Shown here piece by piece: positions 1 to 7,883 of a stretch of 15,456 bases of DNA. The notes beneath the pieces were generated by a model. The model did not search any database. It worked only from the letters and a program-made list of their open reading frames with translations, and was not told the DNA's origin. How positions within the stretch are numbered: the stretch's first letter is position 1; each line of letters opens with the position of its first letter. Made by a program: the position numbers and the translations under genes. Origin of the DNA: an uncultured Chloroflexia bacterium (GTDB lineage: Bacteria; Chloroflexota; Limnocylindria; Limnocylindrales; CSP1-4); assembly GCA_963833225.1 (NCBI GenBank), contig CAWHXD010000018.1, positions 1 through 15,456 on the forward strand, in the 5' to 3' direction.

Positions 1-511
1 CTACGTGGTCGCCTACCCGGTCAACACGGGTGAGATCGCGGCGTACAACACCCAACTCGCGGCCGACGGGATCACCGACCCCGTGACCGGCAATGCGTCG
101 ATCTCCACGCTCGACAACAAAGGCGGCCTGATGACCGCGTGGTGCATCCAGTGCCACACGCGGTACAACGGCAACTGGTCGGTACAGGGAGACCCGGGGA
201 GCCAAAGCCTCGGAGTGGCTTCGCTCTACGACAACTCCGGTGGCGACTCCCGGTTCATGTACAAGCATGGAACCACCCGCATCGGCTGCGAGCAGTGCCA
301 TGTGTCGCACGGCTCGAATGCAGCGATGACCGGCTCCAACAGCTTCGCCTACGTAGACCCGAACGGCGACGTTCCGCCGACGGTCGGCGTCTCCGGCGAC
401 AGCCGCCTGCTCAAGGCGGACAACCGCGGTACCTGCCAGTTGTGCCATGACCCGACGGGCACGATCACGGCCGGCACGTACATCGGCCCGCTGCCGACCC
501 CGGGCAACTAG
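1..511 (+). CDS. Multiheme c-type cytochrome, C-terminal part (5'-truncated by window edge); OmcS/CwcA-like motif pattern
   Basis: Open frame from position 2 (YVVAYPVN...) to TAG at 509-511. Three CxxCH motifs: WCIQCH, CEQCHVSHGS, CQLCH. Followed by a GC hairpin. Confidence 0.9.
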   Translation, partial: YVVAYPVNTGEIAAYNTQLAADGITDPVTGNASISTLDNKGGLMTAWCIQCHTRYNGNWSVQGDPGSQSLGVASLYDNSGGDSRFMYKHGTTRIGCEQCHVSHGSNAAMTGSNSFAYVDPNGDVPPTVGVSGDSRLLKADNRGTCQLCHDPTGTITAGTYIGPLPTPGN

Positions 512-533
512 CCCTCATCCATCAGCAATCGCT

Positions 534-567
534 TCCCGGCGGCCACGGTTCACCCGGGCCGCCGGGG
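534..567 (+). terminator. GC-rich stem-loop after the first cytochrome gene (terminator or mRNA-stabilising hairpin)
   Basis: CCCGGCGGCC (535-544) and its exact reverse complement GGCCGCCGGG (557-566), about 23 nt after the stop. No U-tract. Confidence 0.55.
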
Positions 568-704
568 CACCCACTCAGCCAGGCAGGACCCTGCTTCATG
601 CGCCGTTCTCGTCCCCTCCGACGGTCGCTGCTCACGCCGGTGGTCTCGGCCCCGGCGATGCCGCCTGCCACGCGGCGTGTGAATACGCTCATCGGAGCAC
701 GTCC

Positions 705-2556
705 GTGACGTCCCGTCGCCGCTTCACCCTTCGCCTCAGCACGGCCCTGGCCGCCGGCCTGCTGGTTGTCAGCGCGATGACGACCACCACACCGATGGTC
801 GCGTCCGTTCGTGCCAGTGAATTCGACCCCGGATCCATCGGCATCGGCGGCCCCGACAGCGAGTCCCAAACCCACCGTGGCGCCCACCTCGACGCCTTCG
901 CCGGACCCGGCGCCGACCCCGTCACCAGATCCGGCACCGTCGGCTTCGCCCACCGTCACCGCGTCGCCCACCGCGTCCCCCACGCCTGCCCCCGCGCCAT
1001 CCACGACCGCGTCCCCGTCAGCGGCTCCGAGCGTGTCTCCGTCGCCCAGCGCGTCGCTCGGACCATCGCCCGAGCCATCGCCGTCGCCCAGCGCGTCGCT
1101 CGGACCATCGCCCGAGCCATCGCCATCGAGCGAACCGTCGGCGTCGCCGCCGGTGGAGCCATCGCCCTCCGCGTCATCTTCGGCGGACCCATCGATGGAG
1201 CCCTCCCCCTCGATCACACCGGAGCCGACGCCCTCAACCGGGATCGAGGTCGTCCATACGTGGGTCGACACCACGGACGCGACGGGCACGGTGGTGCAGA
1301 GCGGCGCGACCGACGCCTCGCTGAGCGCGATGGAGCAATTCGTCGTGTACGAGCTGCGCTTCGAGGTCCTCAACTCCGGGGACACGGAGGTCCAGCTCGA
1401 CCCGACGCTCGAAGCCGGAACCGGCTCCAGCCCCGACGCGTGGGCCGTGGTCCCGACCGTGGATCCGGTACCGGGCCAGCCGTTCTACGCCGCCTCCGAT
1501 GACGGCCGGACGTTCAAGGTCCGAGCCGCGCCGATCGATCCCTCGGCCTTCCGGTCACCGGCGCCCCCGACACCCGACGCGCAGGTCGACGCGCAGGCCG
1601 CTGCGCAGCCCGTTGCGGGGATCACAAGCGCCGGCATGAACCCCGCACCGACCATCACACTGCCCGCCCACACGTACACCGAGATCGAGTTCGCGTTCCG
1701 CGCGACGATCAGCGCAGCGTGGACGCAGACGTACTCGCTCCGCCTCCAGCCCGCGGACGAGACCGTTGCGGCCGGCACGCCGCTGACGGTGACGATGCGT
1801 GCCCGTCCGGCGATCAGGCTGACACTCCCCGCATCGACGACGCGTGACGACCCGACCGGTCTCGCCACCGGGTTCCAGCTGGCGGCCGTCACCGCCCCCT
1901 CGGGCGGGGTGCTGTACCCGCTGTCGGCCACCGTCGACCCCGACTCGCCGCACATCGTCGCCTCGCTCACCTCGGACGGATGCGCCGCCTGCCATGCCGC
2001 CCATACAGGCATCCAGCAGAGCCTGCTCTCGGGTGTCTACCGGCTCGATCCGCTCAAGAGCTGGACGGAGGCGTATGACGGCGCCGACTTCGCGCTGTGC
2101 ATCTCGTGCCACGCCGAAGAGCCGTTCGCGGACCTCAGCGGCAGCCTGAATGCCGGCACGAGCTTCGCGGGCCACGGATACCACATGGGCAACATCGAGG
2201 ACACGGGCACGGGCGGCCTGGACATCACGGTGGCAGGCGACGGCGAAGGCAACGCCCTGTGCGGCGAGTGCCACTACAACCTTCACGGCGTCCCGACTTC
2301 CGAGCGCGGCCTGGTGGTCTTTGCGCCCGACGTCGAGCCCTACAACGACGAGATCAGCTACGACGAGGCGACCGGTTCCTGCACGCTGACGTGCCACGGG
2401 CGCGAGCATGACGGGCTGACCTTCGCGACGCCACCGCCCACGCCGACTCCTACGCCGAAGCCGACGCCGACCCCCACGCCGACCCCGACCCCCACGCCTA
2501 CGCCGACCTCCACCCCCACGCCCACGCCCACGCCCACGCCCACGCCCGGGATCTGA
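705..2556 (+). CDS. Secreted multiheme cytochrome c with Pro/Ser/Thr-rich stalk, beta-rich middle domain and (Pro-Thr)n tail; +1 frameshift at ~820-823
   Basis: GGAG (694-697) precedes GTG 705, encoding signal peptide MTSRRRFTLRLSTALAAGLLVVSAMTTTTPMVASVRA-SE. Removing one base in GAATTCG (819-825) joins it to the 811..2556 frame (STPDPSASAAP...), giving ~616 aa. Heme motifs CAACH, CISCH, CGECH and atypical CTLTCH. Confidence 0.8.
1039..1122 (+). repeat. Perfect 42-bp tandem duplication (2 copies) encoding PSPSASLGPSPEPS in the stalk
   Basis: ccgtcgcccagcgcgtcgctcggaccatcgcccgagccatcg at 1039-1080 and 1081-1122. Confidence 0.95.
2428..2547 (+). repeat. Degenerate 6-bp coding repeat (ACN CCN)n encoding the Pro-Thr tail
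   Basis: Translates as TPPPTPTPTPKPTPTPTPTPTPTPTPTSTPTPTPTPTPTP just before the stop. Confidence 0.9.
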
Positions 2557-2784
2557 CACCGCGTCTGTATCTCCCGATACAGCCCATTCCCGCGGTATCC
2601 ACCCAACAGCCCTGCCGGGTCCCGGCCGAAATGTGCGGCCTGACAGATGGGCTCGAGGCTCGCCACTCCGGACAATGCCCTCAGGTGTCAAGCCGCGGCG
2701 ATCCGCGGCATCAGATGAGGGATCCACGATGAACCGGCTGCCACGGCGCAACTCCCGTTGCGCGCGTCCCGGGGGAGGCCGCGA
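2557..2784 (+). promoter_or_regulatory. Structured intergenic/leader region upstream of the TPR-ccdA-resB-ccsA-resA operon
   Basis: Inverted repeats CTGTATC/GATACAG (2565-2582), GCCGCGG/CCGCGGC (2692-2709) inside CCCTCA/TGAGGG (2678-2721), and GCGCAAC/GTTGCGC (2746-2763). RBS GGAGG at 2774-2778. Confidence 0.45.
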
Positions 2785-4086
2785 GTGAATGCGCGCGTGC
2801 TCCCCGCCACGCGACACGCCGCCCTGGAGAACGAGCTGCTCTCGCAGCTCGGTCTGCCACCAAGCGCGTCGCCCGAAGACGTCGATGCACTCCATGAAGC
2901 CGCGAGCGAGTACCTCGCGGCTGCGCCCTCGAGCCTCCGCGGATGGGCCCACGCCCAGGCCTCGGCGCTCGATTCGGCGTACCTCAAGCTAACCGACCCG
3001 GTCGGTCTCGAGGGCTCGGCCCTCAGGAGCCCGACGAGGCCGCCGACGGTCGTACCCGGCGGGCCGGCGACACCTCCGGCCCGCCGGGATTCCGTCCCGG
3101 CCACCACGATCCCCGCGGTCGCCGACACGCTCGACGATGACGTCGTGGACGACGACCTGATCGACGACGACACGTACGACGACGAGGAGATCGGCACCGA
3201 CTTCGACTCGCTGTACGCCGCGGTCACGCCCAGCGCGCACGCGGACATGGCCCCCGACGCGAAGCCCAGGCGCCGCGCTCGTGCGGCGGCGCCCGCCCCA
3301 TCGAAGGGGGTTCGGTCCCGCCGGCGCGCGGACGTGACGGCATCGGAACCCGCGTCCGGTGGGATCTGGAAGAAGATCGCGCTCGGGGGTGCGGCGGTGA
3401 TCGCCGTGTTCGCGATCGGCTTCGGGGCCAACGCGATCGTCAACGGCAACAACGCCGAGCCGGCCCCGACCCCCGATGTGGCACAGGCCAGCCCGAGCGC
3501 GCCGGCGGTCGACCAGGCCCAGGTCGCCCAACTCATGACGAAGTACGCAGCGGACCCGAACGACACCACCACGCTGCTCGGCCTCGCCGACGCGTTCTAT
3601 GCCGGCCAGGACTACTCGAGCGCGGGCGAGTGGCTGGACAAGCTGCTCGCGATCGATCCCAAGAACGTCCAGGCGCTGCTGGCGAAAGGCGCGGTCAGCT
3701 TCAACCTCGGCGACCTTCCGACGGCCGAATCCACCTGGAAGCAGGTGGCGGACATCGCGCCCGACAACGTCGAGGTCCACTACGACCTGGGCTTCCTGTA
3801 CCTCAACCAGACGACGCCCGATTGGGCGGGTGTCCAGAGCGAATGGACGAAGGTCATCCAGCTCGATCCGGGCTCGGATCTGGCACAGACGGTCCAGGCG
3901 CATCTCGATGCCCTGGTCGCCGCCTCGATGATCCCGGCCTCACCCGGTGCCCCGGCCTCACCCGCGGCCAATGGTTCCCCCGTTGCGTCCCCGGCTGCCT
4001 CTGAGACCCCGGCCCCGCCGGCCGCATCCCCGGCCGCGTCCCAGCCGGCCGCCTCTCCGGCGCCGACCGGGAGCGCCACGCCATGA
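2785..4086 (+). CDS. Membrane-anchored tetratricopeptide-repeat protein (CcmI/NrfG-like apocytochrome chaperone candidate) with N-terminal degenerate J-like domain
   Basis: GGAGG then GTG 2785. Acidic and basic linker, one TM helix (IALGGAAVIAVFAIGFGANAIV), TPR signatures (LADAFYAGQDYSSAGEWLDKLLAIDPKNVQALLAKG; VHYDLGFLY; VIQLDPGS). Stop overlaps the ccdA start (ATGA 4083-4086). Confidence 0.8.
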   Translation: MNARVLPATRHAALENELLSQLGLPPSASPEDVDALHEAASEYLAAAPSSLRGWAHAQASALDSAYLKLTDPVGLEGSALRSPTRPPTVVPGGPATPPARRDSVPATTIPAVADTLDDDVVDDDLIDDDTYDDEEIGTDFDSLYAAVTPSAHADMAPDAKPRRRARAAAPAPSKGVRSRRRADVTASEPASGGIWKKIALGGAAVIAVFAIGFGANAIVNGNNAEPAPTPDVAQASPSAPAVDQAQVAQLMTKYAADPNDTTTLLGLADAFYAGQDYSSAGEWLDKLLAIDPKNVQALLAKGAVSFNLGDLPTAESTWKQVADIAPDNVEVHYDLGFLYLNQTTPDWAGVQSEWTKVIQLDPGSDLAQTVQAHLDALVAASMIPASPGAPASPAANGSPVASPAASETPAPPAASPAASQPAASPAPTGSATP

Positions 4087-4865
4087 GCGATCTCGGCAGC
4101 GCGCTCGGCCTCGGCATCGCCTTCACCGGCGGCGTCGTGTCGTTCGCGTCCCCGTGCTGCCTGCCGCTGGTACCGGCCTACCTCAGCTACATGGTCGGTG
4201 CGACCGGCGATGGAGCGTCCGGCCGCAGGACCGCGTTCCTGCACGGGCTGGCGTTCACGATCGGGTTCTCGCTGGTGTTCGTGGCCTTCTGGGCCTCGAT
4301 CGGCGCCATCGGCTACGTGCTGGCCGACAACAAGCGTCTGCTGACGATGGCCGGCGGCGCGCTGCTCGTGTTCCTCGGGCTCCAGGTCGCGGGCGTGATC
4401 AACGTCCGGGCCCTGTGGCGCGACACCCGGGCCATGCCCGCCACGGGCGGAACGCTCGTGGCGGCCGGCGGACCGGGTATGGGCCTCCGGGGCGTGGGTG
4501 GCGTGCTCGGCGGCACCGGCGGCTCGCCGTCCTACAACCGGTCGTTCGTGTTCGGTCTCCTGTTCGCGGCCGGGTGGAGCCCGTGCATCGGGCCCATCCT
4601 GGGCGGGATCCTGGGGCTCGCGACGGCAACCTCGAGCGTGCTCCAGGGAACGATGCTGCTGATCGCGTACGCCGCCGGCCTGGCCGTCCCGTTCCTGGCC
4701 GTCGCGCTCGGAGCGTCCTGGGTCTCGCGCCGCCTGACCTGGATCGGCCGCCACCACCACATCGTCTCACTCGCCACCGGCGCACTGCTCGCGACGGTCG
4801 GGGTGCTGATGCTCACCAACACGCTCAGCCGGCTGGCGACCATCGCGTCGCCGTTCGGCCTGTAG
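4083..4865 (+). CDS. ccdA: Cytochrome c biogenesis protein CcdA (DsbD-like transmembrane thiol-disulfide transporter)
   Basis: Motifs SFASPCCLPLVPAYL and GWSPCIGPILG, about 6 TM helices, System II context. Confidence 0.95.
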   Translation: MSDLGSALGLGIAFTGGVVSFASPCCLPLVPAYLSYMVGATGDGASGRRTAFLHGLAFTIGFSLVFVAFWASIGAIGYVLADNKRLLTMAGGALLVFLGLQVAGVINVRALWRDTRAMPATGGTLVAAGGPGMGLRGVGGVLGGTGGSPSYNRSFVFGLLFAAGWSPCIGPILGGILGLATATSSVLQGTMLLIAYAAGLAVPFLAVALGASWVSRRLTWIGRHHHIVSLATGALLATVGVLMLTNTLSRLATIASPFGL

Positions 4866-4877
4866 GAGGTCGTTCGG

Positions 4878-6344
4878 ATGACCCACGAAGGCTCCCGGCC
4901 GCTGCCCCCGGCGGCGGTCCCCGCCGTGCGGGAAGCCGCGAGGACCGGCGTGGTTGATCGCATCGACCGCGTGCTCGAAGGCCTCTGGCACCTCCTGTCG
5001 TCGATGCGCGTGGCGATCGTGCTGATGCTGGCCATCGCCGCGCTCGGCGTGCTGGGCGCGGTGATCATCCAGGCGCCGTCGGGTGTCCTGAACGACCCGT
5101 CGGCGAAGGCCGACTGGCTGTCCCAGGTCCGTCCGAAGTACGGCGGCTGGACATCGATCATGGACTTCTTCCAGTTGTTCCAGATCTTCAACTCCGTGCT
5201 GTTCCGGGTCCTCGTCGCCGGGCTGACGATCAGCCTCATCGCCTGCTCGATCCACCGGACACCGGGTATCTGGCAAACGATCACCAGGCCCCGCCTTGAC
5301 GTCGGACCCGCGTTCTTCGAGCACGCACCCCAGCACGAAGCGGTCGTGGTCCGGCATTCACCGGCCGAGACGCTCGGCATTGTGAATGGGGTCCTGCAGG
5401 GGCGGCACTACCGGACTCTGGCCCACGACGACGGCGTGATCCATGTCTACGGAGACCGCTTCCGTTGGGTCCAGTTCTCCGGCGTGGTCGCCCACCTGTC
5501 GCTGGTCGTGATCCTGGCCGGCGCCATCATCGGGGCGATGTTCGGCTACCGCGACAGCGGCTTCACGATCGCCGAGGGCAGCACGCTGCCGGTGGCGGCC
5601 GAGGCAGGGCTGTCGCTCCAGCTGATCGACTTCACAGACACCTACTACACCGACAGTGGCATGCCCCAGGACTACGCCAGCCAGGTCGTCCTGTACAAGG
5701 ACGGCCAGGAGGTCGCCCGCCACACCATCCGGGTCAACGACCCGCTGCGCTACGGCGACACGACCTTCTACCAGGCTTTCTTCGGATCGGCGGCGGTCAT
5801 GACCGTCAAGGACTCGACCGGCAAGACCCTGGTGTCGGAAGGCGTGCCGCTGGCCTGGACCACCACGGCCGACAACCGGCCGATCGGCTCGTTCACCATC
5901 CCAGGCACGAACTATGTGGGCTGGGTCGTGGGGACGCTCGGCGCCAACGACGCCACCATCCAGCCCGGCCAGATGCAGCTCGAGCTGTACACCGCGGACA
6001 GCGGCCGGGAGGTGGCCCAGCAGGTGCTTGACCAGGGCACGCCAGCGACGATGGAGGGCCTGACGGTCAGCTTCGACCGCGAGAGCCAGTTCACCGGCCT
6101 GAGTGTCTCACGCGATCCCGGCGTGACCCTCGTCTGGCTGGGAGCATTCCTCCTGGTCGCCGGGTTCACCCTCCGCTTCCTGCTTCCGCACAAGCGGATC
6201 TGGGCGCGCATCTCGCCCCGGGCCAACGGTGGCGCGGTGCTGGCAGTGGCGAGCCTCGGCAGCCGCGACGCTGCGCTGGGAACCGAATTCCAAGGTCTTG
6301 TGAGCGACATCCGCGGGGCGTTGCATACGCCGGCGCGGTCCTGA
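4878..6344 (+). CDS. resB: Cytochrome c biogenesis protein ResB (CcsB/Ccs1)
   Basis: LSSMRVAIVLML N-terminus, third TM with conserved His (VAHLSLVVIL), large extracytoplasmic domain with IRVNDPLRY, C-terminal RDPG+TM. RBS GGAGG upstream. Confidence 0.93.
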   Translation: MTHEGSRPLPPAAVPAVREAARTGVVDRIDRVLEGLWHLLSSMRVAIVLMLAIAALGVLGAVIIQAPSGVLNDPSAKADWLSQVRPKYGGWTSIMDFFQLFQIFNSVLFRVLVAGLTISLIACSIHRTPGIWQTITRPRLDVGPAFFEHAPQHEAVVVRHSPAETLGIVNGVLQGRHYRTLAHDDGVIHVYGDRFRWVQFSGVVAHLSLVVILAGAIIGAMFGYRDSGFTIAEGSTLPVAAEAGLSLQLIDFTDTYYTDSGMPQDYASQVVLYKDGQEVARHTIRVNDPLRYGDTTFYQAFFGSAAVMTVKDSTGKTLVSEGVPLAWTTTADNRPIGSFTIPGTNYVGWVVGTLGANDATIQPGQMQLELYTADSGREVAQQVLDQGTPATMEGLTVSFDRESQFTGLSVSRDPGVTLVWLGAFLLVAGFTLRFLLPHKRIWARISPRANGGAVLAVASLGSRDAALGTEFQGLVSDIRGALHTPARS

Positions 6345-6356
6345 GGGAGATCCGAC

Positions 6357-7244
6357 ATGGATAAGATGGCCGGCTACGCGTTCGTGGCGGCGATGTTCAG
6401 CACCGGTCTCGCGATCTTCGTCTACCTGCTGTACGCAATCTCCGGTCTGCGGGCCGCCCGGATGCAGACCGCCGGCGCCCCGGGATCCACCGGGGCGATG
6501 GGCTTCGTGTCCGGGCCCCGAACCGCCTCGATGGGGCGCTACGCGACGATCCTCGGCTGGCTGGCCGTGGTCGCGCTCCTCATGAGCCTCGTGTTCCGCG
6601 CCATCGCCACGGGCCATGGCCCGTTCGCGAACATGTACGAGTTCTCGGTCGCGTTCGCGTTCGGGATCCTGGCGGCCTACATGTGGTTCGAGCGCCGGTA
6701 CCACCAGCGGATCCTGGCGCTGGTCGCCCTGCCCGTCGCGCTCGCCATGATGCTCTACGCATGGACGATCCAGGGGCCCATCGAGCCGCTCGTCCCGGCG
6801 CTTCAGAACAACCTGCTGCTCACCGTCCATGTCGCCGTCGCGATCGTCGCCTACGGCAGCTTCTCGATCGCGTTCGCGGCCGCCGTCCTGTACCTGATCC
6901 AGCCCGAGGGCGGCCGCTGGGGCCTGCCCAAGCCGCAGGTGCTGGACGAGATCGGCTACCGTGCCGTGGTCGTCGGCTTCCCCTTCCTGAGCCTCACGAT
7001 CATCCTCGGCGCGGTGTGGGCCGACGTCGCCTGGGGCAGCTACTGGAGCTGGGACCCCAAGGAGACGGCGTCGCTGGTGACCTGGCTGATCTACGGTGCG
7101 TACCTCCACGCCCGCGTCATGCGCGGCTGGCGCGGCAACCGGGCGGCCTGGCTCCTGATGCTCGGCTTCGCGGCCACGCTCTTCACCTATTTCTTCATCA
7201 ACCTGTTCGCGCCCGGCCTCCACAGCTACGCGGGCCTGAGCTGA
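6357..7244 (+). CDS. ccsA: Cytochrome c synthase / heme exporter CcsA (ResC; named ccsB in some annotation schemes)
   Basis: WWD domain WADVAWGSYWSWDPKET, HGPFANMYE, LTVHV, AYLHAR and C-terminal GLHSYA histidines. Confidence 0.96.
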   Translation: MDKMAGYAFVAAMFSTGLAIFVYLLYAISGLRAARMQTAGAPGSTGAMGFVSGPRTASMGRYATILGWLAVVALLMSLVFRAIATGHGPFANMYEFSVAFAFGILAAYMWFERRYHQRILALVALPVALAMMLYAWTIQGPIEPLVPALQNNLLLTVHVAVAIVAYGSFSIAFAAAVLYLIQPEGGRWGLPKPQVLDEIGYRAVVVGFPFLSLTIILGAVWADVAWGSYWSWDPKETASLVTWLIYGAYLHARVMRGWRGNRAAWLLMLGFAATLFTYFFINLFAPGLHSYAGLS

Positions 7245-7273
7245 CCCGTGCGGAACGGAAGGGAGCGATCGCG

Positions 7274-7873
7274 ATGAACGCTGCGGGCGTCGCCGCGAGG
7301 CCGTCCCGCCGCGGGGCCGGCCCCCTCCAGACGATCGTCGTCATCGCCGTCACGGCCGTCCTCATCGGGGCCGTGACCTGGCTCGTGGCGGGTCCGGGCA
7401 CCGACGACGGGGTGACGTCGATCGACCTCGGCGCCAACGCTGCCGGCGCGGCGCCGGTGGTCGGGGCGATCCCCCCGGACTTCACGGCCATGACGTGGGA
7501 CGGCCAGACCGTCTCACTCTCCGACTACGCCGGCAAGCCGATCTGGCTGACGTTCGGCGCCTCGTGGTGCCCTGATTGCCGGACGGAAGCTCCGGACGTC
7601 GAGGCCACCTACCAGGCATACAAGGATCAGGGGCTGGTCATCCTCGCCGTGTTCATCGATGAGAGCGGCGCGGACATCGGCACCTACGCACAGCGTGCGG
7701 GTCTCACCTTCCCGATCGCGGTCGACCAGAACGAGACGATCGCCGGGACCTATCGCACCCTCGGCATCCCGACCCACTTCTTCATCGGCACCGACGGACG
7801 CATCAAGGACGTGCGCATCGGTGCCCTGCCCAAGACCGAGATGGATCGCGCCGTCTCGGAGATCGTCAACTAG
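7274..7873 (+). CDS. resA: Membrane-anchored TlpA/ResA-family thiol-disulfide oxidoreductase
   Basis: GAAGGGAG then ATG 7274. N-terminal TM, PDFT, ASWCPDCRTEAP active site, GIPTHFFIGTDG cis-Pro loop. Confidence 0.9.
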   Translation: MNAAGVAARPSRRGAGPLQTIVVIAVTAVLIGAVTWLVAGPGTDDGVTSIDLGANAAGAAPVVGAIPPDFTAMTWDGQTVSLSDYAGKPIWLTFGASWCPDCRTEAPDVEATYQAYKDQGLVILAVFIDESGADIGTYAQRAGLTFPIAVDQNETIAGTYRTLGIPTHFFIGTDGRIKDVRIGALPKTEMDRAVSEIVN

Positions 7874-7883
7874 GCACGCACGA

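Noticed and set aside
1039-1122. Repeats as a possible CRISPR array
   Set aside because: Directly adjacent in-frame coding repeats with no spacers and no cas genes.
522-1385. Gly/Asp-rich minus-strand ORF resembling a collagen-like or RTX protein
   Set aside because: It is simply the antisense of Pro/Ser codons in the stalk.
447-1502. 351-aa plus-strand ORF as an independent gene
   Set aside because: Only 705-821 looks coding (the signal peptide); the rest is an off-frame reading of the stalk repeats.
6683-7273. Long N-terminal extensions given by the ORF track for resA (6683), the NapC protein (7659), Rieske (9779) and PPOX (13750)
   Set aside because: They overlap neighbouring genes or regulatory DNA; better starts at 7274, 7884, 9890 and 13966 fit RBS or promoter signals and family lengths.
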